Below, in pieces: positions 26,318-36,343 of a stretch of 64,000 nucleotides of DNA (the first letter of the stretch is position 1; every line of letters starts with the position of its first letter). Origin of the DNA: Candidatus Xenobia bacterium (GTDB taxonomy: Bacteria > Vulcanimicrobiota > Xenobia > Xenobiales > QWHO01); contig BTUM01000019.1 in NCBI GenBank assembly GCA_045863235.1, forward strand, positions 18,691 to 82,690, in the 5' to 3' direction. Position numbers and translations under genes: made by a program. The notes beneath the pieces were generated by a model. The model saw only the letters and a program-made list of their open reading frames with translations. It searched no databases and had not been told where the DNA came from.

Positions 26318-27250
26318 TTACGGACTGCCGGGAGCTTTGGTGTTGGCGGCCGGAGTGCCCTTGCTGCCAGTCTTCTTCAGGAAGGTATCCACCACTTCGT
26401 TGGTGAGGTTTCGCCCTCCATACATGACGTGCACTTTGTCGAGCACCAACGAAACGTTGTTGGCCTCCGCCGCCTCGGACACCGACTGATTGACGGCTTG
26501 CACGAGGGGGGCAACCTCGGATTCCTGGCGAGCTTCCATGCGCATCATCAGCTCCTTCTGGAGATTCTCCACCTCTTGCTGACTGCGACCCTGGGCTTTC
26601 TTACGGAACTCCTCGCCCAGCTCATTCTTGAGGGCGGCGAGCTTGAGGTCCACCTCCTGGAAGGCCTTCAGGTTGCGCACGACATCCTGGTCGAAGTAGG
26701 CGATTGGCGAGTCCTTGGTATCATCCTCGGCCGGCAGCTTGAGCTCGGCCTTGGAGGTGAATTGAGACTTGACTTCCTCGGTGATGTCCTCGACCCCATA
26801 GACCACGATGCGCTTATCCAGCACGACCTTGTAATTCTTGTTGCGAGCCACGATGGCGATGGCCGCCTCGGCCCGGGTCTGCAACGGCTGGAGGGTCTTG
26901 TTTCGCTCCTGCTGCAGCTCCAACTCGAACTCGGAGGCCTTTTCACGCACCTTGCGGGCACCCTCCTCGTTACGCGGTTGGGTGGCGGCAAACTCCTCCA
27001 GCTTTTTGGTGTATTCGGAGTTTTTCTTGTCCAGGTGCTCGCGCGCCTTGGTGAAGTCCTCGAGCTGGTAGATGGCGTCCGAGTCGAGCGAGGCTACCTT
27101 CTTGACGGGCGAGCCGACACCGCCGCTCCTGAGCACGAACCAACCGGCGGCGATGGCCACCAGCAGCAGGACGAAGCCTGCGATCAAAGGGATCTTATTG
27201 GAGCCTCCGCCGGACGAGGGGGATGTCATCGTGGTTTCTCCGTCTTGCAT
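26318..27250 (-). CDS. Membrane-anchored tandem double OmpH/Skp-domain protein
   Basis: 310 aa. N-terminal TM anchor (IPLIAGFVLLLVAIAAGWFVL). Two successive OmpH-like units, each ending in a YKVVLDKRIVVYG / VSLVLDKVHVMYG motif. Confidence 0.6.
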   Translation of the reverse strand: MQDGETTMTSPSSGGGSNKIPLIAGFVLLLVAIAAGWFVLRSGGVGSPVKKVASLDSDAIYQLEDFTKAREHLDKKNSEYTKKLEEFAATQPRNEEGARKVREKASEFELELQQERNKTLQPLQTRAEAAIAIVARNKNYKVVLDKRIVVYGVEDITEEVKSQFTSKAELKLPAEDDTKDSPIAYFDQDVVRNLKAFQEVDLKLAALKNELGEEFRKKAQGRSQQEVENLQKELMMRMEARQESEVAPLVQAVNQSVSEAAEANNVSLVLDKVHVMYGGRNLTNEVVDTFLKKTGSKGTPAANTKAPGSP

Positions 27251-27452
27251 GCGAAATGGACCTCCTCAAGAGCCGGGGGCTTTCGCGCCGCCGCCCGCCA
27301 GAACGATGTCTCACACGCGGGTGAGCTTTGGGTTATCGGTAGTCTATCCGTTTCCGCTCGGCTGTCAACAGTCCGACCAGGAACAATCAGGCAACCGTTA
27401 CAGCAACGGACGCAGAAGGACTTGAAAAAGTTCCCAACTCAGCTGGGGTTTT

Positions 27453-30005
27453 TCAGAACGACTGGCCGATGCCCAGACTGGCCCGACCGCCGTCTTCTCC
27501 GAAGGCGTAGTCGATGCGGATGACGCCCAGCCCGAGGCTGGGGAACACGATGCGAAGACCGGCTCCGACGTCAGCTTTGAGGGCGCCCGAGGTGACCCCC
27601 GGAGTCCAGGCATTGCCGGCGTCAGCAAACACAGCCCCACGCAAGAACTTGATGCGGCCGATTCCGAAGCGATACTCGGCGTTCAGCACCACGAAGCGGG
27701 TTCCGAAGAAGGCGTTCTCACGATAGCCACGCAACGTGTCCGTGCCACCCGCGAAGAAGAACTCCGAAACCGGGGCGTTCCCGTTCAGCATTCCGGCCCA
27801 GGCCCGCATGGCCAGGGTCGAGTTGCTACCGAACGGAATGTAGGAGCGGCCCTCGGCGACCAGCTTCGTGTAGCTGAAATCCCCACCCAGACCGGCAAAG
27901 GCGACCGAGCCGTTGGCAAAGTTGCCCACGGTCGGATTGAAAACATCGTCGCGCGTGTCGTAGAGGGCCGAGACGGCCAGGCTGTTCAGATCGCCATTTC
28001 CAATGCCCACGGGCACGAACAGCGATTCTGGATCCTGGGTAATCTCGATGGTCTCGCGGCGGAAGGTCAAGAAGCCGCGGAAGTCGTCGGTAAAGGGATG
28101 TCCGTAGGTGATCGTGCCGCCATAGCGGCGATCATCATACAGGGCGAACTGATCGGGATTCCCGCCGATGACCGGCTGGCGTAGCCCGGAAACTTCGTTG
28201 AGGAACAAGGAGATGCCGATGGAGTCCTGGTTGTCGTTGATGGCCGGATCGAAGTAGCTCAGGCCCAGAGCGCTGATGTTGGCACCGCGCTGCCACTGGA
28301 CGCTGACCGACTTGCCCTGGCCGAAGAGGTTGCGGTCGGAGAAAGAGATGGCACCGGTGATGCCCGGTCGCACCGCGCCCGAGCCGCCACCGGCATAACC
28401 CACGCCGATGGTGGCCAGGCCCGTCTTCTGCTCTTCCACCGCCAGAACGAGCACCACCTTGCCCGGCTCGGTGCCAGGCTCGGGCTCGATATTGACTTTC
28501 TTGAAGTAACCGAGGTTGTTGAGACGCTCGAGGTCCTTTTGAATCTTGCGCCGCTGCAAGACCTCACCGGGCTTGGTGCGCAGATTCCTGGTGATGGTGT
28601 CGGTTTCGGTCTTGGTGTTGCCCTCGACCCGAATCTCTTCCACCACAGCCTCGAGCACCTTGAGGGTCACCGCGCCCTGATCGGGATCAAGCCGCGGACG
28701 GATGGTATCCAGAATGTAGTCGTTCTTTTCGTACAACTCGGCAACGCGAGCACTGTCTTCTTTGATGGTCTTCTGGTTGAAGAGCTCGCCGACTCGGGTC
28801 TGAACCAACGAGCGAACCTCTTGCTCCGGAAAAACGGTCACACCCTCGATGCTCACGGATTGAACCAGCATGCCATCCTTGATAGTGAGGGCGAGGGTTC
28901 CCTCGCCCCACTTCAAGTCGACCACGTGAGTCGGGGTAAGCAGGTAGCCGAGGTCCTCGTTATAGTACTTATTGATGTTCTGAATGTCGGCGTGCAGAGT
29001 GCGAGTATTCAGAATCTTGCCAGCCCTGGTCTCCATCAACTCGACGATCTTTTCGGTGGGAACCACCTGGTTACCACTGATCACCACCTGGTTGACCATC
29101 GGATTCTCGAGCACCCGGAAGATCAGTCGCACTCCTCCGGGAGCGCCACGCGTATCCAGGCGCACGTCGGTGAAGTAACCCAGATCGAAGATAGCCTGCA
29201 TGTCACGACGCAGCCGCGGCTCGAGCACCGGATCACCGATGCGGGTCGAGACCACCTGCAACACCTCTTCCGTGGGAACCTGAGCGTTGCCCTCGATCTC
29301 GATATTGACCACGCGGGGCGCGGCGGACTCGGGTGGCTGCTCCTCTCCCCCGGGGGTCGGGGTCTCCTCCGAGCCCGGAGCCACGGCGGCCGAATCCACT
29401 GGCAGAATGTCGCGACCGAGCGGAGCCTGAGCGTAACGGGCCGACGAGACGATCATCTCGCGATTGGCCCCCAGGGTAAAAATGACCGAAACCGTGTCGC
29501 CCGCCTTCAATCCTTCGGCCAACTGGCTGTCGGGCGAAACCAGGAAGATCATGTCCCTCTCGCTGCCATCGGCAGCCTTGCCGCGCACACTGAGTTTTTC
29601 GTCTTCGAGCAACAGGACCTGACCGCTGAAACGATAGGTGCCCTCGGGCAGACTGTCGGCAGCGGGGCTCTCCGCGGGAGGCGTTCCTTCGCCGGCCGGC
29701 GCAGCACCCTCACCTTCAGTCGGCTGAGGCGGAGCCGCGCCATCGCCCTCTGGCGGCTGAGGGGGCGCCCCGCCGGGCTGGGGAGGAACGGCGCCCTCAC
29801 CCTCCGCAGGCTGGGGAACCGGGGCCTCAGGCGAGGCCCCCTCCTCCCCGTCGGCCGCGGGCTGAGCCGGAACCGCCTCTTCTTCGGCGGCTACCACCCC
29901 GGACTCGGACGCTCCGCCACCCGGCAACTCCTGAGCCAACACCCCCACGGGCAAGCTCATAAAGAGCATGGCAACCACCAGGGCGAGGCTAATTTTCTTC
30001 TTCAT
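27453..30005 (-). CDS. bamA: Outer membrane protein assembly factor BamA (Omp85) with N-terminal Pro/Glu-rich extension
   Basis: 850 aa. Signal peptide, about 200 aa of low-complexity PPQP/EGEGA repeats, POTRA domains, and a 16-strand barrel ending ...IDYAFGEDGGRASLGIGQSF. Confidence 0.9.
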   Translation of the reverse strand: MKKKISLALVVAMLFMSLPVGVLAQELPGGGASESGVVAAEEEAVPAQPAADGEEGASPEAPVPQPAEGEGAVPPQPGGAPPQPPEGDGAAPPQPTEGEGAAPAGEGTPPAESPAADSLPEGTYRFSGQVLLLEDEKLSVRGKAADGSERDMIFLVSPDSQLAEGLKAGDTVSVIFTLGANREMIVSSARYAQAPLGRDILPVDSAAVAPGSEETPTPGGEEQPPESAAPRVVNIEIEGNAQVPTEEVLQVVSTRIGDPVLEPRLRRDMQAIFDLGYFTDVRLDTRGAPGGVRLIFRVLENPMVNQVVISGNQVVPTEKIVELMETRAGKILNTRTLHADIQNINKYYNEDLGYLLTPTHVVDLKWGEGTLALTIKDGMLVQSVSIEGVTVFPEQEVRSLVQTRVGELFNQKTIKEDSARVAELYEKNDYILDTIRPRLDPDQGAVTLKVLEAVVEEIRVEGNTKTETDTITRNLRTKPGEVLQRRKIQKDLERLNNLGYFKKVNIEPEPGTEPGKVVLVLAVEEQKTGLATIGVGYAGGGSGAVRPGITGAISFSDRNLFGQGKSVSVQWQRGANISALGLSYFDPAINDNQDSIGISLFLNEVSGLRQPVIGGNPDQFALYDDRRYGGTITYGHPFTDDFRGFLTFRRETIEITQDPESLFVPVGIGNGDLNSLAVSALYDTRDDVFNPTVGNFANGSVAFAGLGGDFSYTKLVAEGRSYIPFGSNSTLAMRAWAGMLNGNAPVSEFFFAGGTDTLRGYRENAFFGTRFVVLNAEYRFGIGRIKFLRGAVFADAGNAWTPGVTSGALKADVGAGLRIVFPSLGLGVIRIDYAFGEDGGRASLGIGQSF

Positions 30006-30266
30006 TGGTCAACTCCAGAGATCGGCGGAAAAGCCCGTCACTTCGCAAAAGTCGGCGGCCCTTTCGACGACCGAGAAAGGTGTCCTGCCCTTCAACAGGC
30101 TTGAAACCTTTCACAGTTGGCTCATTGTATGCATGGCTCGGTCCGGGCGCAACCCCAATTTTCTGTTCGCCCTCTCGGCTGACATTGAATTTCTTTCCAC
30201 ATCAAAAGAGAACTCCCTCCTGATGGGAAAACTCGGACACGAACCGGCGGAGGGGGTGGCCGGATC

Positions 30267-31373
30267 TTGTGCGAAAGGGCTCCAATGAGGCGGTTTGGAG
30301 CCCTTCTTCTGGTGCTGACCTGGGTCGCGCAGGCCCAAGAGCCGCCCGGCTCGGTGCGTTGGAGCTACAAGCTGCCCTTCCCGGTGCGCAGCCTGGCCGT
30401 GAGCGAGCAGGGCGTGGCCCTGGTCGGCTCGGACTTTGGCAATTACCTGCACGCAGTGGACGTATTACCTGGAACCTTTCTCTGGAAGAGAGACCTGGCC
30501 GGCTCCATCTGGAGCCCGGCAGTCGTCACTCAGGAAGCGGCCTATCTGGTCCCCAACGCGGCGGCCCTGATTGCGCTTCGTATCGAAACCGGGGACGTAC
30601 TGTTCTGGTTGGGACCCCGCTTCCCATCAGGGGACCGTCCGCCCTGGCAGAACAAAGCCCCTCCCGCCGTGGGCCCTAACCGGATCTGGCTGGTCTCCCT
30701 CAACGGCACGCTCTGCAAGCTTGACGCCACCGGGAAACCGCTGGGACAGACAGAGCTGCAAGGCCTGAACCAGACGGACCAGTTTTGGAGTCGCCCGGCC
30801 CTGGCAGGCGACTCGCTGTTCATCGGCTCCATCCGTGGTCGCCTTCACCGGGTGGCCAGCGAGACCTTGCGACGCAAGGAGACGATTGAGCTGGGAGAGG
30901 ATATCCGAGCCGATGTAATCGCTCGCGACGACCGGCTCTATGTTTCTACCGTCAACGGCTCACTGTATGCCTTTCGAGCCGACCCGGAGCGCACCGTGCA
31001 ACTCTGGAAACTTTCTCTACGCAGCCGAGCTCCTGGCGGCAGCACCGGGCGTTCACCCGTCATTCCACTGGTAATGGAGGACCGCTTGCTGGTTGCCAGC
31101 CGCACCGCCGCCTATTGCCTGGACCGGCGAACCGGCGGCATCCTCTGGAGAAGGGAGGTCGAATCCGGAATCGCCGCCCCCCTGACCCTGGTCAAAGACC
31201 GGGTGCAACTGGTCACCGGTCAGGGAGAACTGGTCTCATTGGCACTCGCCACCGGACAGATGCTGGGAGGAGTCCCCCTGCGTGGCATCCCCACGGCCGG
31301 CCCTCTGGCCTGGGGAGAAGTCGTGCTGGTAGGTTTCTCGGATGGGATGCTCCAGGCGGTAAGCCCGCCCTGA
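30267..31373 (+). CDS. PQQ-like beta-propeller repeat protein (BamB-like)
   Basis: Signal peptide with AQA cleavage site. Repeated W..(D/N)G.L.A.D..TG..LW motifs. Confidence 0.7.
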   Translation: MCERAPMRRFGALLLVLTWVAQAQEPPGSVRWSYKLPFPVRSLAVSEQGVALVGSDFGNYLHAVDVLPGTFLWKRDLAGSIWSPAVVTQEAAYLVPNAAALIALRIETGDVLFWLGPRFPSGDRPPWQNKAPPAVGPNRIWLVSLNGTLCKLDATGKPLGQTELQGLNQTDQFWSRPALAGDSLFIGSIRGRLHRVASETLRRKETIELGEDIRADVIARDDRLYVSTVNGSLYAFRADPERTVQLWKLSLRSRAPGGSTGRSPVIPLVMEDRLLVASRTAAYCLDRRTGGILWRREVESGIAAPLTLVKDRVQLVTGQGELVSLALATGQMLGGVPLRGIPTAGPLAWGEVVLVGFSDGMLQAVSPP

Positions 31374-31381
31374 AAGCGCTT

Positions 31382-32755
31382 TTACATCACTGCTAGCAGG
31401 CGATAGAGCTCGGTGGCCGCCCGGATCCCCCCGAAGAAGTGACGCAACTCGAACTTCTCGTCGGGCGAGTGAATGCCGTCATCGGGGTTGCCCAGGCCCA
31501 ACAGCAGGGTATCCACCCCCAGCACACGACGAAAGTCGGAGACAATGGGAATCGCGCCTCCGTGCCGACTGAAGAGCGGTTCCACCCCAAAACCGGCTCG
31601 GACCGCCTGACGAGCGGCCTCGAAGAGCGACTCATGCCGACCTTCGCGGCGCAAGAGGTAGGGATGCCCGGTGTCGCCCGGCACGAACTCGAGCTCGGCC
31701 CAGGCCGGACACTGCCCGACGAACCACTTGCGCAGGCACTCCATGAGATGGGCCGGCTCCTGGTCGGCCACCAGCCGGGCACTGAACTTGGCACTGGCAG
31801 TCGCGGGCACGATGGTCTTGCTGCCCTCGCCCTGGTAGCCCCCGGTGATGCCATTGCACTCCAGGGTGGGACGAAACCAGCGCCGCTCATTGGTGGTAAA
31901 GCCGTGCTCCCCATGCATGTGGGCCCCCAGCCAGCTCTGGTAGGCGTCCTCATCAAAGGGAAGATTGAAGAGCGACTCGCGCTCCCATTCCTCGGCCTCC
32001 AGAACGCCATCGTAGAAACCCGGGACGGTCACGCGATTGCGGTCGTCGTGCAGAGCGGCGACCATGGCTGCCAGCGTATGAATGGCGTTGGGCAGAGTCC
32101 CTCCGTAGACGCCCGAATGCACATCTCGGTGGGCCACCCGCAGGTGCACCTCGAACACCACAATCCCGCGCAGACTGTAGTGAATCGTAGGAATCCCCTT
32201 GATGGATGTGCTGGTGTCGGACACCACCGCCAACTCGGGAGAGAGCTCTCCCTTCAGTCGCTCGAGCAACTCAACCAGATGCGGGCTGCCAATCTCCTCC
32301 TCCCCTTCGATCAGGAAGGTCAGGTTGACCGGCAATCCGCCCGTCGTCTTCAACAGCGTCTCGACAGCACAAACGTGCGCAAAGAACTGGCCCTTGTTGT
32401 CACAGGCTCCCCTGGCGTAGATCCGATCGCTCTCGACCCGGGGTTGAAAAGGAGGGGAGGTCCACAGCTCGAGCTCATCGGCAGGCTGCACGTCGTAGTG
32501 CCCATACACGAGCACTCGCGGCCTGCCCTCCACGACCGGGCCGTGAGCCACCACGGCCGGATGCCCGGGGGTCTCCTCCAGGCGAGCATTCAGGCCCAGG
32601 CCTCGCAAGCGCTGCTCCACCCAGCGAGCACAGCGCAGCAAATCGGCTTTGCGCTCGGACTGAGTGGAAACGGAAGGGATGGCCAGGAGCTCCTTGAGGC
32701 CTTCCAAGAACGACTCTCGATGCTGGTCGAGGTAAGCAGAAATGGCGTCGGACAT
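31382..32755 (-). CDS. M20 family dipeptidase/peptidase
   Basis: ELLAIPSVS, HYDVQP and GACDNKG motifs plus a dimerisation domain. 457 aa. Confidence 0.85.
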   Translation of the reverse strand: MSDAISAYLDQHRESFLEGLKELLAIPSVSTQSERKADLLRCARWVEQRLRGLGLNARLEETPGHPAVVAHGPVVEGRPRVLVYGHYDVQPADELELWTSPPFQPRVESDRIYARGACDNKGQFFAHVCAVETLLKTTGGLPVNLTFLIEGEEEIGSPHLVELLERLKGELSPELAVVSDTSTSIKGIPTIHYSLRGIVVFEVHLRVAHRDVHSGVYGGTLPNAIHTLAAMVAALHDDRNRVTVPGFYDGVLEAEEWERESLFNLPFDEDAYQSWLGAHMHGEHGFTTNERRWFRPTLECNGITGGYQGEGSKTIVPATASAKFSARLVADQEPAHLMECLRKWFVGQCPAWAELEFVPGDTGHPYLLRREGRHESLFEAARQAVRAGFGVEPLFSRHGGAIPIVSDFRRVLGVDTLLLGLGNPDDGIHSPDEKFELRHFFGGIRAATELYRLLAVM

Positions 32756-32968
32756 AACGTGTTGGGACGTTACGCGCTGAAGGTCTTCCGTTCCTTCGGG
32801 GAGCGCCTCTCGGCGCCACTTTCAGCACTCCACCTGGTTTCGGGCCGTTCTTCCGGAGACCGTTCCGGTCCATCGGATCAGTTTGTTAAAATTTCTCGCA
32901 AAATTGGCAGGATCCGGGGATGGTTTCGCAGTAATGTGGCGACGCTGAAAATATCGGGAGGGTGAACC

Positions 32969-33472
32969 GTGGTCCAAGTTACACAGACTGACCGCTACCC
33001 CGGTCGCAAGATCTGGTTCGGAGCCCTGGATGATACCGTGGATGGCTTGAAACTCCACGGACGGGTGAAAATGAAGCCGACGCTTCTGCGCACCGCTCCC
33101 GACTATTGGACTCGCGTGGAAGCCGAAGAGATCCTCTATCTCGACGGACGCGGCGACGTGATTCACTGGGCTACCGTTCGAGGGCTCCTGCCCGATCTGG
33201 ACAGCCGCAGTTTCGAGGATGCCCTCGACCGGGCCACCCGCATCGGAGTCTTCGTTCGCATCTCGAGCCAGTGCGCGGTGGCCCCAAGCCGCATTCAGGG
33301 CCTGCTGCGGGTTCCCGAAGGCCAGTACCAGGTGGAGATGGAGTCTCCCTTTGGAGAAACGGTCATGCTGCCGCTCGACCGGGCCCGCATTCCGGAATTG
33401 GAAGAGTGCCTGGAGGTGCTCTCCGCCGGCAGTTGCCTGCTCTTTGCCGATCCCGAGGACTTCGAGGACTAA
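32969..33472 (+). CDS. Hypothetical protein (167 aa)
   Basis: GTG start preceded by GGGAGG with 7-nt spacing and an AT-rich promoter-like stretch upstream. Co-directional with fabI. No family recognised. Confidence 0.5.
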   Translation: MVQVTQTDRYPGRKIWFGALDDTVDGLKLHGRVKMKPTLLRTAPDYWTRVEAEEILYLDGRGDVIHWATVRGLLPDLDSRSFEDALDRATRIGVFVRISSQCAVAPSRIQGLLRVPEGQYQVEMESPFGETVMLPLDRARIPELEECLEVLSAGSCLLFADPEDFED

Positions 33473-33520
33473 TCCCCCCTCCCCCGAAGGAACGTGCCCA
33501 TCTCTCTGGAGGACGTTCCC

Positions 33521-34288
33521 ATGATGCTCTTGGAAAATAAGCGGGGTCTCGTTTTTGGCGTGGCCAACAACATGTCGATCGCCTGGGCCATCGCGCAAGA
33601 AGCCCACCGTCAGGGTGCTGAACTCGGTTTTACCTACCTCAACGAAGCGCTCGAGAAACGCATGCGCCCCCTGGCCGAGAGCCTGGAAGCGAGCCTGATC
33701 CTTCCCTGCGATGCCAACAAGGACGAAGACCTCGACGCGGTGTTTGCGGAGGCGGGCCGCAAATGGGGCAAGCTCGACTTCGTCTTGCACGCCATCGCTT
33801 TCGCCCAGCGCGAGGACCTCGACGGGCGTTTCGTGGATACCTCGCGTGAGGGGTTCCGCATAGCCCTGGACACTTCCGCCTATTCACTGGTCGCCATGGC
33901 CCGCCGAGCCGCTCCCCTGATGACCGAGGGAGGCAGCCTGCTTACTCTGACTTATTACGGGTCCCAGAAGGTGGTGGCCAACTACAATGTGATGGGGGTA
34001 GCCAAGGCCGCCCTGGAAGCCAGCGTTCGCTATCTGGCGGCCGATCTCGGGCCTCAGGGCATCCGTGTCAACGCTGTCTCGGCCGGAGCCATCAAGACTC
34101 TTTCCGCCAAGGGAATCCGCAACTTCAACGAGATGCTGAAGGTTTCAGCCGAGCGCAGCCCCCTGGGCCGTAATGTCGCTGTGGACGAAGTGGGCAAGGC
34201 TGGCACCTTCCTGCTCTCCGACTATGCCAGCGGCATCACGGGCGATATCCTGTATGTCGATGCCGGGTGGCACGTCCTGGGGATGTAG
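33521..34288 (+). CDS. fabI: Enoyl-[acyl-carrier-protein] reductase (NADH)
   Basis: GVANNMSIAW..., the SDR fold, and the Y..K catalytic region characteristic of FabI. Confidence 0.9.
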   Translation: MMLLENKRGLVFGVANNMSIAWAIAQEAHRQGAELGFTYLNEALEKRMRPLAESLEASLILPCDANKDEDLDAVFAEAGRKWGKLDFVLHAIAFAQREDLDGRFVDTSREGFRIALDTSAYSLVAMARRAAPLMTEGGSLLTLTYYGSQKVVANYNVMGVAKAALEASVRYLAADLGPQGIRVNAVSAGAIKTLSAKGIRNFNEMLKVSAERSPLGRNVAVDEVGKAGTFLLSDYASGITGDILYVDAGWHVLGM

Positions 34289-34293
34289 ACTCC

Positions 34294-34959
34294 ATGGAGC
34301 CGACTCCGCCGCCGCCCGAGAACGAGCCACCTCGCAGACAGGACCCGCGTACCACGGCAGTTCCGATGCGCGAGTTCAAGCGCACCAAGCGCTCCACTAC
34401 CCTGGCTGACCTGTGGATCCCCCTGGTAGCCCTCGGACTGGCGGCCACCATTTTCTACCTGCAATTCCAGCGCAAACTGATCGCTGACGTGCTGGCGGTG
34501 AACGATACCAGGTCCAAATTGACCCTGCAACTCAACCTCGAACGTCTGCCGCTCGAGCCCGGCGAGTCCGGAAAAATGCGGGTCTTCCACGTCGGGGGCG
34601 AGTCGCTGGAGGTGCTCAGCGGGGGAGGCACCACGGAGTCCATCTATCTGCCCAACACCAGTCCCGCCTGGGTGATCTACAATGTGGGAGGTGTAGCCAA
34701 CCTCTTGCTGGTGGACTACACCTGGGCCTATCGAGCCGATGGTGAGCGCAACACGGCTGGCCCCCAGTTCAAGGTGGTGGCCAACCTGAAGGCAAACAAG
34801 CTGTTTACCTGCGGGGCAGCCGAGGTGCTCGGCCCCGACGAGAAGCTGCCCCAACGCTATCAGGGCAAGCGCCCGCTGCTCAAGGTCGAGCGCGTCCCCA
34901 CCTCGGCCCTGGAGTTTCCCGAAACCTATCTGCGCGAGCAGTTGGAGAAGATCCGATGA
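34294..34959 (+). CDS. Hypothetical membrane-anchored protein
   Basis: Pro-rich N-terminus and a single TM helix (LWIPLVALGLAATIFYL). No recognisable family. Tightly packed between fabI and pta. Confidence 0.45.
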   Translation: MEPTPPPPENEPPRRQDPRTTAVPMREFKRTKRSTTLADLWIPLVALGLAATIFYLQFQRKLIADVLAVNDTRSKLTLQLNLERLPLEPGESGKMRVFHVGGESLEVLSGGGTTESIYLPNTSPAWVIYNVGGVANLLLVDYTWAYRADGERNTAGPQFKVVANLKANKLFTCGAAEVLGPDEKLPQRYQGKRPLLKVERVPTSALEFPETYLREQLEKIR

Positions 34960-35897
34960 GCTTTCTGGACCAATGTCGCGATCGGGTGCGCGGACAGGGG
35001 CTGCGCATCGTCTATCCGGAGGGAACCGAAGAGAGGGCCCGCCGAGCAGCCTCCCAACTCGCCGCCGAGGGCCTGGCCCGGCCCATCCTGCTGGGCTCTC
35101 CCGAGCCATTGGCGGGGGTGGAGCTGCGCACACCCGATGGAGAGTTCGCGTCGACCTACTATGAGTTGCGCCGCCATAAAGGAATCACTCTTGAACAGGC
35201 GACCGAGCGAGCGCGCTTGCCCCATTACTACGCGGCCCTCATGGTTCTGAGCGGCCAGGCCGACGGAATGGTGTCCGGGCTCAACTCGGCCACCAAGCCG
35301 TTCCTGCCGGCTTTCGAAGTGATCAAGCTGGCCCCCGGCTACCGACGCGCCTCCTCGGTCTTCCTCATGGTCTGGCCTGAGAAGACCTGGTTCTATGCCG
35401 ATTGCTCCGTCAACATCGCCCCCGACCCGGCCACTCTGGCCGACATCGCCCGGGCGACGGCCGCCACCGCCCGAGCCTTCGGGGTAGAGCCCCGAGTGGC
35501 TTTTCTCTCCTTCTCGACGCGCGACAGCGCCGAGCACCCTCTGGTCGACCACGTCAAGGAGGCGGTGCGCCTCTGCCGGGAGGCTGAGCCGAGCCTGGCC
35601 GCGGACGGCGAGATGCAGTTCGACGCCGCCATCCTGCCCGAGGTAGCCGCTCGCAAGTGCCCCGGCAGCCCGGTAGCTGGCCGGGCTAACGTGTTCATCT
35701 TTCCCGACCTGGACGCCGGCAACCTCGGCTACAAGATCACCGAGCGCCTGGGCGGAGCCGCGGCGGTCGGCCCCATCTTGCAGGGTCTGCGCCGGCCGGT
35801 CAACGACGTCTCGCGCGGCTGCTCGGTGCAGGATCTGGTGGACGTCGGAGTCATCACCGCGATCCAGGCTCTGGCTCTGAAGGAGTCGATGGTATGA
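34956..35897 (+). CDS. pta: Phosphate acetyl/butyryl-transferase (short Pta/EutD-type)
   Basis: RIVYPEG..., the SGL.S motif, and a C-terminal GxxxNDVSRG phosphotransacylase signature. Confidence 0.85.
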   Translation: MSFLDQCRDRVRGQGLRIVYPEGTEERARRAASQLAAEGLARPILLGSPEPLAGVELRTPDGEFASTYYELRRHKGITLEQATERARLPHYYAALMVLSGQADGMVSGLNSATKPFLPAFEVIKLAPGYRRASSVFLMVWPEKTWFYADCSVNIAPDPATLADIARATAATARAFGVEPRVAFLSFSTRDSAEHPLVDHVKEAVRLCREAEPSLAADGEMQFDAAILPEVAARKCPGSPVAGRANVFIFPDLDAGNLGYKITERLGGAAAVGPILQGLRRPVNDVSRGCSVQDLVDVGVITAIQALALKESMV

Positions 35898-36343
35898 AAC
35901 ACCTGCTGCTCTGTCTCCTGTTGATGAGCGCGGCCTGGGCCGGACCCACCTACGAGTTGGTGGGCGCCACGGCCACGCCCACAGCCACGGCCGAGGTCTG
36001 GCGAGCTGAAGTCGAGGGCAAGTTGGTGGTCGTCCTCAAGATCAAAGAGGCTGGCAAGGAGGGTGAGGTCAACTTTGCCATCGAGCCCGCCCAACTGCCT
36101 GCTTTTGAGAAACATTGCGAGACTTTGCTCCAAGAGCGCACCTCTCTCAAGTCAGGTGCCGTCCAGGTCGTGTCCACGATGAAGTCAGGAGCCAACTGGA
36201 TCGACTTTGCCCGCGTTCGGGTGGGCAACTCGAGTCCGTGGCGTGTCCTCGTGGTTCACGAAGGCAAACAGGAACGAAGTTTCGTGCTGGACAAAACGAG
36301 CTGGTCCAGCCTCAAGAAGCTGACCAGGAAAGCCAGTCCGTAA
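35894..36343 (+). CDS. Secreted hypothetical protein (149 aa)
   Basis: Signal peptide MKHLLLCLLLMSAAWA. No family recognised. Confidence 0.45.
   Translation: MKHLLLCLLLMSAAWAGPTYELVGATATPTATAEVWRAEVEGKLVVVLKIKEAGKEGEVNFAIEPAQLPAFEKHCETLLQERTSLKSGAVQVVSTMKSGANWIDFARVRVGNSSPWRVLVVHEGKQERSFVLDKTSWSSLKKLTRKASP

Noticed and set aside
32822-33790. 322-aa minus-strand ORF spanning the hypothetical gene and the start of fabI
   Set aside because: It is antisense to a well-supported fabI and to a plus-strand gene with a proper RBS. Its composition is typical of GC-driven spurious frames.
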